Source: Verrucomicrobiota bacterium (GTDB taxonomy: Bacteria; Verrucomicrobiota; Verrucomicrobiia; Limisphaerales; DSYF01). Taken from it: a DNA stretch of 64,000 nucleotides. Below, in pieces: positions 52,709-64,000 of this stretch. The notes under the pieces are model-generated. The model worked only from the letters and a program-made list of their open reading frames with translations. It had not been told where the DNA came from and ran no database searches. The position numbers and the translations under genes were made by a program. Each line of letters begins with the position of its first letter. The first letter of the stretch is position 1. The DNA is taken from the NCBI GenBank assembly GCA_025457615.1, contig JALOTZ010000006.1, positions 63,866 through 127,865 of the forward strand. Reading direction: 5' to 3'.

Positions 52709-54667
52709 ATGACTAATGTTGATCTCACCTGGCTGGACTACTCCATTCTCGCGATCTATACGCTGTTCGTCATCGGCATCGGGTTCGCCTTGCGCAAGTA
52801 CATGAAGAGCTCGTCGGACTTCCTCACCTCCGGCCGCTCGATCCCCACCTGGGTCACCGGACTGGCCTTTATCTCGGCCAACCTGGGCGCGCTGGAACTG
52901 GTCGGGATGGCCGCCAGCGGCGCCAAGTACGGCATCGCCACCGCCCACTTCTACTGGGTGGGCGCGATCCCCGCCATGATCTTCCTCGCCGTGTTCATGA
53001 TGCCCTTCTACTACGGCTCGAAGGCGCGCTCGGTCCCCGAATACCTCAAGATGCGTTTCGACGAACGCGTCCGGGCGCTGAACTCGATCGCGTTCGCGGT
53101 GATGACGGTGTTCGCCTCGGGCATCTCGATGAACGCGCTGGCCAAGCTGCTCAACCAGTTGCTCGGCTGGAATTACCACGCCGCCCTGTGGGTCTGCTCG
53201 GCGGTCGTGCTGGTGTATGTGCTCAAGGGCGGCCTGACCTCCGCCATTTACACCGAGGTGCTCCAGTTCTTCATGATCGTGCTCGGATTCGCGCCGGTGG
53301 TTTACCTCGGGCTCAAGGATCTCGGCGGCTGGGGTGCGATGAACCAGGCCTTGGAAGGGGTGGCCACGAATCCCGGCGCCCTGCACCTCAAGGAAACCGG
53401 CACCACCTACGCCGCCAACGCCTGGTCCAGCGCCTGGCAACCACTGCTGGCCGGACCGGCCAACAACCCGATGGGCGTGGACATCTTCGCCATGGTCTTC
53501 GGACTCGGCTTCGTCCTCTCGTTTGGTTACTGGTGCACCAACTTCCTCGTGGTGCAGCGCGCCATGGCAGCCCGGAACATGACCGCCGCCCGCAACACTC
53601 CCATCGTGGCGGCCGTGCCCAAAATGCTCTTCCCCCTGCTGGTGATCGTCCCCGGCATGATCGCGGTCGCGTTGACCTCGATGCCGGACAAGGATTACCG
53701 CATCCCGCCTCCGATCATCAGTGACCAGGTTTACACCGCGTCGGCCGAGGTGGTGCGGGCCTCCGGCAACCTGGACACCGCCGCCGCCCTCAGCGCCGTG
53801 AGCAAGTCGATGGGCCGCAAGATGGATCAGGACAAGGTGGCCACCCTGGTCAGGGACGCTGGCTCCTTGAGCGACGAAGAGATCAAGAAGGGACTCTACA
53901 GCGCGGTGGCCGAGTACGATTACGACGGCGTGATTCTCTCGCTGGTGAAGAAGTATTGTCCGACGGGGCTGCTGGGTCTGGCGCTCACGGCGCTGCTGGC
54001 GTCGTTCATGTCCGGCATGGCGGGCAACGTCACGGCCTTCAACACCGTCTGGACCTACGACCTCTACCAGGCCTACCTCGCTCCGAACAAGAGCGACCAC
54101 CATTATTTCTGGATGGGGCAGGCGGCCACGGTGGTCGGGATTCTGGTCAGCATCGGCGCGGCGTATTTCGCGTCGCTCTACAACAACGCCATGGACATCA
54201 TCCAATTGGTGTTTGGTTTCGTGAATGCGCCGCTGTTTGCGACGTTCATCCTCGCCATGTTCTGGGTGCGCACCACGGGCACCGGCGCCTTCCTGGGTTT
54301 GTTTGGAGGCATTGGCGGTTCGGCGCTGTTCCACGCCCTGACCATCGCCCAGGGCAACCTCCCGGGCGTCAAGGGCGGTTACCTTTGGAGCCTCGGCAAC
54401 ACCGAGGTGCCCCAGACGTTGCAGTTCCCCAGCGAGATGGCTCAAAACTTCTGGCTCGCCAGCTTCGCCTTCATCGTGTGCTTCGTGCTCACGCTCGGCA
54501 TCTCGCTGGCCACCAAGCGCACCAAGACCGACGAGGAGCTCAAGGGCCTGGTCTATGCCCTCACCCCGAAGATCAAGGACGAACACGCGCCCTGGTACTC
54601 GCGTCCGGCGGTGGTGGGCACGATTCTCCTGCTCGCCTGCCTCATCCTGAACATCGTTTTCTGGTAA
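52709..54667 (+). CDS. Sodium:solute symporter family (SGLT-like) sugar transporter
   Basis: 652 aa, ~14 hydrophobic segments. SSF blocks (SGRSIPTWVTGLAFISANLGA, GGLTSAIYTEVLQ). Embedded in the gal cluster. Confidence 0.85.
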   Translation: MTNVDLTWLDYSILAIYTLFVIGIGFALRKYMKSSSDFLTSGRSIPTWVTGLAFISANLGALELVGMAASGAKYGIATAHFYWVGAIPAMIFLAVFMMPFYYGSKARSVPEYLKMRFDERVRALNSIAFAVMTVFASGISMNALAKLLNQLLGWNYHAALWVCSAVVLVYVLKGGLTSAIYTEVLQFFMIVLGFAPVVYLGLKDLGGWGAMNQALEGVATNPGALHLKETGTTYAANAWSSAWQPLLAGPANNPMGVDIFAMVFGLGFVLSFGYWCTNFLVVQRAMAARNMTAARNTPIVAAVPKMLFPLLVIVPGMIAVALTSMPDKDYRIPPPIISDQVYTASAEVVRASGNLDTAAALSAVSKSMGRKMDQDKVATLVRDAGSLSDEEIKKGLYSAVAEYDYDGVILSLVKKYCPTGLLGLALTALLASFMSGMAGNVTAFNTVWTYDLYQAYLAPNKSDHHYFWMGQAATVVGILVSIGAAYFASLYNNAMDIIQLVFGFVNAPLFATFILAMFWVRTTGTGAFLGLFGGIGGSALFHALTIAQGNLPGVKGGYLWSLGNTEVPQTLQFPSEMAQNFWLASFAFIVCFVLTLGISLATKRTKTDEELKGLVYALTPKIKDEHAPWYSRPAVVGTILLLACLILNIVFW

Positions 54668-54694
54668 ACCACCCCACTCGAAAGGATCATTGCT

Positions 54695-54910
54695 ATGGGA
54701 CTCGATATCCGCTGGCCAATCGGCCTCATGTTCACCCTGATCGGAGGATTGCTGACACTCTTCGGTCTGGTCACCCGGTCCAAGGCCGAGCTGTACGAAG
54801 GCTCCCTGGGCATCAACATCAACCTGATCTGGGGGGTCATCCTCCTGGTCTTCGGCCTGTGGATGCTCATCATGGCGGTGCGGGGTTCCCGGAAAGGCGG
54901 CGGATCCTAG
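54695..54910 (+). CDS. Small two-TM membrane protein downstream of the symporter
   Basis: 71 aa, two hydrophobic helices, 27-nt gap after the symporter, upstream AAAGGA. Confidence 0.5.
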   Translation: MGLDIRWPIGLMFTLIGGLLTLFGLVTRSKAELYEGSLGININLIWGVILLVFGLWMLIMAVRGSRKGGGS

Positions 54911-55040
54911 GACGCCTTCCGGCGCACCGAGCCGTGCGCTCGGGGACCCACACGTTGCGCCAGGCTTCCCCGAGTCTGCCGCTCCGCCGGGTCATCCCCG
55001 CCCGAAGCAGAACTCGCAACTTTTGCCGCCCCCCAACCCT

Positions 55041-59371
<4,331 letters not shown>

Positions 59372-59601
59372 CCGGACTCTGGAGTTGCGCAAGCGTTCCC
59401 AGTTCCAACCGGGGCGGTGAAGCAGCGCGGAAAACCAGCCGAGGCCGGCTGAAGCGGACCGCAAGCCCCGCGTCGGCGTAGCCGCGGTCCGCCCTTCACC
59501 TCTGTGCCTTCGGTGTCTTGGTGTCTGAACGGATCCGGCACGCGGCCAGATACCACGCCGACGCTCACCGCGCCTGGCTTCGAGGTTCAGGGGCCGCAGC
59601 A

Positions 59602-59735
59602 ATTCTCATTTTGGCCCGGAGCGCGGCTCCATGAGCCGCAGCACCCCCGCCACGGAAGGCCGTTCTCAATCTTCCAGTGGCTTTGTTCCAGGCGAAGCTG
59701 CTGCGGGTCGCGGACCCGCGCTCCAAAATGAGAAT
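59602..59735. repeat. 134-bp long-hairpin repeat element (same family as 4018 and 23335 clusters)
   Basis: Ends ATTCTCATTTTGG / CCAAAATGAGAAT are perfect inverted repeats. Internal arm pairs GAGCGCGG..TCC/GGACCCGCGCTC and CCGCAGCA/TGCTGCGG. Confidence 0.75.
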
Positions 59736-59795
59736 GGCTGCAGGGGCCATGGCCCCGTTTGACTTCGCCCCCTGTGCCGCTAGATTCGACGGGCC

Positions 59796-62700
59796 ATGTC
59801 CAGAGCAGAGTCCAATCCCGCCATCCGCCTCCGCGGTGTCCGGCAAAACAATCTCAAGGGATTCGACCTGGACCTGCCGCTGGGCAAACTGCTGGTGATC
59901 ACCGGCCTGAGCGGCTCGGGGAAAAGCTCGCTCGCCTTCGAGACGCTCTATGCCGAGGGGCAACGCCGTTACATCGAAACCTTCTCCCCCTACGCCCGCC
60001 AGTTCTTCGATCGCATGGACAAACCGCGCGTGGACAGCATCGAAGGCATCCCGCCCTCCATCGCCATCGAGCAGCGCAATACCGTCCGCAGCACCCGCTC
60101 GACCGTGGGCACCCTGACCGAGATTTGCGACCACATGAAGGTCCTTTGGCCGCACCTGGCCCAACTCCATTGCCGCCAGTGCGGGCAGCCCGTCCGTCCC
60201 GAACCCCCGCAAACCGTCTGGAAGACGATGAGGGCGCAAAGCGAAGGACCGCAGGCCGAAGTGTTGATAACCTTTGACCTGCCGCTCTCCGGGAAACTCT
60301 CTCTCGAAGAATCCCTGGCGCTCATCGCCAAACAGGGCTACCAGCGTCTGCTGCTGAACCGCGCCGTGGTCCGCATCGACCAGGCCGCCGGCCACCCGGC
60401 AATCAGCAATTTGCAATCTGCAATCACCGTGGTCCAGGACCGCCTGCGCCTCACCCCGTCCAACCGCGCCCGCTTCATCGAAGCCTGCGAACAGGCCTAC
60501 CACTTCGGCAAAGGCAGGTTGTCGATCCACCCCATGACGAACGAAGCCTCCACGACGCAACCCGCAACCCGCAACACCTCCGCCAGCGCGCCCCTGCTCT
60601 TTTCGAATCGCCTCCACTGCGCCGCCTGCGACGTGGATTACCGCGCTCCGTCTCCTGCCCTGTTCAGCTTCAACCATCCGCTGGGCGCCTGCCCCGCCTG
60701 CAAAGGCTTCGGACGCATCATCAGCATCGACTATCACCGCGCCATCCCCGACCGATGCAAGACCCTGCGCGACGGCGCCGTGAAACCCTGGCAAAGCGGC
60801 ATGAGCGCGGAATGCCAGCGCGACCTGCTCAAGTTCTGCCGCGCAACCCAGGTTCCCATCGACGTGCCCTTCCGGGATCTTTCCCAGGAACACCAGAACT
60901 GGATTCTCCTGGGCGATCCGGACTACGGGAAGGACAAGGAACACGAGTGGCCGCGGGCGTGGTACGGCGTGAAGGGCTACTTCCGCTGGCTGGAATCCAA
61001 AGCTTACAAAATGCACGTCCGCGTGCTCCTCTCCCGCTACCGCGCCTATACCCCCTGCCCCGACTGCCACGGCGCCCGGCTCAACCCCGACGCCCTGCTC
61101 CACCAGCTTGCGCAGAACGGCTCACGCCTGACGCTCGCCGACTTCTACGCTCTGCCCATCGCCGCTGCGCTCACGCTGATGGACGATCTTTCCCGCCACC
61201 CCGCGTCCAGGTCCGCGCTCGGTGTACCTGCTGCCTTGGGGAACACGTCCGGTGCGCCGGCGGAACGTTCCGCGCTCGACCACGCCCTTGCCGAAGTCCG
61301 CGCCCGACTGCGATACCTCCACGACATCGGCCTCGGCTACCTCACCCTCGACCGCGCCACGCGCACGTTATCCGGCGGCGAAACCGAACGCGTCAACCTC
61401 GCCGCCTGCCTGGGCACGCGCCTGGTGAACACGCTGTTCGTGCTGGACGAACCCAGCGTGGGCCTGCACCCGCGCGACACCGACCGGCTGGTCCGCATCC
61501 TCGAAGCCCTGCGCGACGAAGGCAACACCGTGGTGGTGGTCGAGCACGAGCGCCGGGTCATGGAAGCCGCGGACCAAATCATCGACCTCGGGCCCGGCCA
61601 TGGCGCCGCCGGCGGCGAACGGGTCTTCCAAGGCTCCTGGCAGCAGATTCTGAAATCCAAGCGCTCCCTCACCGGCCGCTACCTCGCCGGCGCCGCCGCC
61701 ATTGCAATCCCGGCTCGACGACCCGGTCCCGCCACCCAGCCGCGCCGCCTGTCCTCCAACGATCTCCCTGTGAGCCGGACGGACGCCTGCGCTGCCGTAA
61801 CCTTGTCCAACGTCAGTCGCCATAACCTCAAGAACCTGACCGTGTCCATCCCTCTCAACCGCCTGGTCTGCATCTCGGGCGTCAGCGGTTCCGGCAAATC
61901 CACCCTGGTCCGCGAAGTCCTCCTGCCCGCCTTGCAAGAGCAACTTGGCGCGAACCCGGATGCCCACAAAGCTTCCGACCGCCTCGACGAAGAAAGTGAC
62001 GCCCCCGAACCCGAGTCCACGCAACACGGTCCGCGCCTCACCGGCGCCGAACACCTCACCCAGGCGGTGCTCGTCGATCAATCCCTCCTGGGCAAAACCC
62101 CCCGCTCCAACCCCGCCGTGTACACCGGCGCCTTCGACCACATCCGGGAGCTCTTCGCCCAAAGCGAGGCGGCCCGACGCCAGGGACTCAACGCCAGCGC
62201 CTTCAGTTTCAACTCGCCCCAGGGACAATGCGAACGCTGCCACGGCGCCGGATTCGAGAAGGTCGAGATGCAGTTCCTCAGCGACGTCTTCCTCCGCTGC
62301 CCCGACTGCAAGGGCCGACGCTACCGGGAACACATTCTGGAAGTGAGCGTGCAGGGTGCAGAAGGCAGAAGTCAGGGAACAGCCGACGCAGGACGCAAGC
62401 CGGAAGGCCGCCGCAAGCCAGCGGCAACGCCCCCGGATTCAAGTTCACGCAACACGCAACACGCAACCCGTTCGTTGTCCATCGCCGACCTGCTCGAATC
62501 GACGGTGGACGAAGCGGTCGAGTTCCTGCAAACCTTCATGGACTCCAGGCCCGCCGCGCGCGCGGTGGCCAGCCTCAAGTGGTTGCAGGAGGTCGGTCTG
62601 GGTTACCTGCAACTGGGCCAGCCGATCAACACCCTGTCCGGCGGCGAAAGTCAGCGATTGAAGCTCGCGCGGCACCTGGCCGACTCCACAGCGGCGGCAG

Positions 62701-63140
62701 AGCGCTCACCGCAGACTGTCACCGCAAACGGCAGGGCCGCACTGCGCGCGGCCTCGGCGCCGACACCGCAGCGCCCGACCCGCCAAAGCAGCGCCGACGA
62801 CCAACCGCCAACGCCGGGCACGCCCCCGCAACCCACCCTCTTCATCCTCGACGAGCCCACCACCGGCCTCCATTTCGAAGATGTGCGCATCCTCCTGCAG
62901 GCCCTCCAGCGCCTTGTGGACGCCGGCCATTCGCTCCTGGTCATCGAGCATAACCTCGAGGTCCTGAAATGCGCCGATTGGATCATCGACCTCGGCCCCG
63001 AAGCCGGGGAGGCCGGCGGGCAACTCGTCGTGGCGGGAACGCCGGAGACAGTCGCCGCTTGCGCTGGAAGCCACACCGGACGGTTCCTCAAACCCTTGCT
63101 GAAGTCATCGCGCCGTCCGACACCCGGAGGTGGCTCATGA
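59796..63140 (+). CDS. UvrA-family ABC ATPase paralogue (1114 aa) with low-complexity insertions
   Basis: N-terminus [50 protein letters not shown]. Zinc modules (CAACD...[15 protein letters not shown]...CPDCKG). ABC signatures LSGGETERV and LSGGESQRL. Walker B LFVLDEPS and [12 protein letters not shown]. Confidence 0.88.
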   Translation: MSRAESNPAIRLRGVRQNNLKGFDLDLPLGKLLVITGLSGSGKSSLAFETLYAEGQRRYIETFSPYARQFFDRMDKPRVDSIEGIPPSIAIEQRNTVRSTRSTVGTLTEICDHMKVLWPHLAQLHCRQCGQPVRPEPPQTVWKTMRAQSEGPQAEVLITFDLPLSGKLSLEESLALIAKQGYQRLLLNRAVVRIDQAAGHPAISNLQSAITVVQDRLRLTPSNRARFIEACEQAYHFGKGRLSIHPMTNEASTTQPATRNTSASAPLLFSNRLHCAACDVDYRAPSPALFSFNHPLGACPACKGFGRIISIDYHRAIPDRCKTLRDGAVKPWQSGMSAECQRDLLKFCRATQVPIDVPFRDLSQEHQNWILLGDPDYGKDKEHEWPRAWYGVKGYFRWLESKAYKMHVRVLLSRYRAYTPCPDCHGARLNPDALLHQLAQNGSRLTLADFYALPIAAALTLMDDLSRHPASRSALGVPAALGNTSGAPAERSALDHALAEVRARLRYLHDIGLGYLTLDRATRTLSGGETERVNLAACLGTRLVNTLFVLDEPSVGLHPRDTDRLVRILEALRDEGNTVVVVEHERRVMEAADQIIDLGPGHGAAGGERVFQGSWQQILKSKRSLTGRYLAGAAAIAIPARRPGPATQPRRLSSNDLPVSRTDACAAVTLSNVSRHNLKNLTVSIPLNRLVCISGVSGSGKSTLVREVLLPALQEQLGANPDAHKASDRLDEESDAPEPESTQHGPRLTGAEHLTQAVLVDQSLLGKTPRSNPAVYTGAFDHIRELFAQSEAARRQGLNASAFSFNSPQGQCERCHGAGFEKVEMQFLSDVFLRCPDCKGRRYREHILEVSVQGAEGRSQGTADAGRKPEGRRKPAATPPDSSSRNTQHATRSLSIADLLESTVDEAVEFLQTFMDSRPAARAVASLKWLQEVGLGYLQLGQPINTLSGGESQRLKLARHLADSTAAAERSPQTVTANGRAALRAASAPTPQRPTRQSSADDQPPTPGTPPQPTLFILDEPTTGLHFEDVRILLQALQRLVDAGHSLLVIEHNLEVLKCADWIIDLGPEAGEAGGQLVVAGTPETVAACAGSHTGRFLKPLLKSSRRPTPGGGS

Positions 63141-64000
63141 ACCGTTCAACCAGCGGAACCATCCAGATCGAAGGCGCCCGCGAGCACAACCTCCGAAATC
63201 TCTCGCTCGCCATCCCCCGCTCGAAGTTCGTGGTCGTCACCGGCGTGAGCGGCTCGGGCAAAAGCACGCTGGCCTTCGACATCCTGTTCAACGAGGGACA
63301 GCGCCGCTTCCTCGACTCCATGGGCGCCTACGCGCGCCAGTTCGTCGAGCAACTGCCCAAGCCGGACGTGGACCGCATCACCGGCCTGCCTCCCACCGTC
63401 AGCATCGAGCAGAACACCAGCCGGGGCGGCGGCAAAAGCACCGTCGCCACGGTCACCGAGATCCACCACTTCATCCGTCTCCTGTATGCCAAGGCCGGCA
63501 CGCAGCATTGTCCGGCCTGCGCCCGACCCGTGCAGCCTCAGACCCGGGACGAAGTGCGGCGGCAACTGCTGGCCGAGGCCGCGCGGCGCGGCGCCCTCCG
63601 CCTCCTCGCCCCCGTGGTGCGCAACCGCAAAGGCTTCCACTCGGAGGTCGCCCGCTGGGCCGCCCAACACGGTTACACCCAGATCCGCGCCGACGGGCGC
63701 TTCCACGACACCCGCCAACCCTTCCGCCTCGGCCGCTTCCGCGAGCACGACCTCGAAATCCTGGTCGGCACCCTCCCTCCATCCCCTGCGTCCCCTAAGG
63801 CTCAGCCTTCCCATTCCCCCCTGGTGGACACCGCCCTCACCCTCGGCCAGGGCACCCTCTTTGCCCTGGACCCCCACGACCACCTCACCGTGCACTCGAC
63901 CGAGCGCGTCTGCCCCCACTGCCAGCGCGCCTTCCAACCCCTGGACCCCAAGCAGTTCAGCTACAATTCCGCCCAGGGCTGGTGCCCGAGATGCCGCGGC
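63137..64000 (+). CDS. Second UvrA-family ABC ATPase paralogue, 3' end beyond window
   Basis: Not in the ORF track (no stop inside the window). ATG 63137 overlaps the upstream stop (ATGA). [65 protein letters not shown]...CPRCRG. Confidence 0.8.
   Translation, partial: MNRSTSGTIQIEGAREHNLRNLSLAIPRSKFVVVTGVSGSGKSTLAFDILFNEGQRRFLDSMGAYARQFVEQLPKPDVDRITGLPPTVSIEQNTSRGGGKSTVATVTEIHHFIRLLYAKAGTQHCPACARPVQPQTRDEVRRQLLAEAARRGALRLLAPVVRNRKGFHSEVARWAAQHGYTQIRADGRFHDTRQPFRLGRFREHDLEILVGTLPPSPASPKAQPSHSPLVDTALTLGQGTLFALDPHDHLTVHSTERVCPHCQRAFQPLDPKQFSYNSAQGWCPRCRG

Overview
This is a 64-kb GC-rich bacterial chromosomal window. I support about 45 protein-coding genes. I found no rRNA, tRNA, CRISPR array, transposase, integrase or phage genes. 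All homology calls come from reading motifs by eye; no database search or folding program was available, and start codons were re-picked manually.

Likely source (inference): a PVC-group bacterium, probably Verrucomicrobiota. The basis is gene content: DUF1080, DUF362, a GT39/TIGR03663-like glycosyltransferase, an exported GH2, a giant Cys-rich/HYR adhesin-like protein, secreted proteins ending in an 'xFYRL' beta-sandwich, and intergenic spacers packed with palindromic repeats.

Recognisable genes: purU, an M3 oligopeptidase, a PPi-type phosphofructokinase, a folP-like gene, SCO1 plus DUF420, a class III adenylate cyclase, ppk1, sixA, trpE, hisI, lnt and a usp. There is also a Leloir/lactose cluster (galK-galT-SSS transporter-galM-lacZ) and two translationally coupled uvrA paralogues.

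Most interesting observations:
1. An orphan plus-strand sigma-54 promoter followed by a perfect 15-bp-stem intrinsic terminator (33497-33635), lying between two minus-strand genes. I propose a ~110-nt sigma-54-dependent sRNA, divergent from a histidine kinase/sigma-54-activator operon. The layout resembles qrr1-luxO or glmY-glrKR.
2. That two-component pair sits upstream of a putative sigma-54 promoter and an operon of four uncharacterised proteins (25924-30219).
3. A ~165-bp MITE-like element with terminal inverted repeats and 7-8-bp flanking direct repeats, present three times. One copy supplies a spurious ATG to lnt.
4. A 1982-aa secreted protein made of tandem jelly-roll plus Cys-rich modules. 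It lies behind an orphan sigma-54 activator, a candidate sigma-54 promoter and an AT-rich direct-repeat island.
5. A fused ATP-grasp/alpha-E gene plus two transglutaminase-like genes.
6. uvrA paralogues carrying in-frame low-complexity insertions and 3x7-nt microrepeats.
7. 11- and 13-nt homopolymer tracts inside CDSs.
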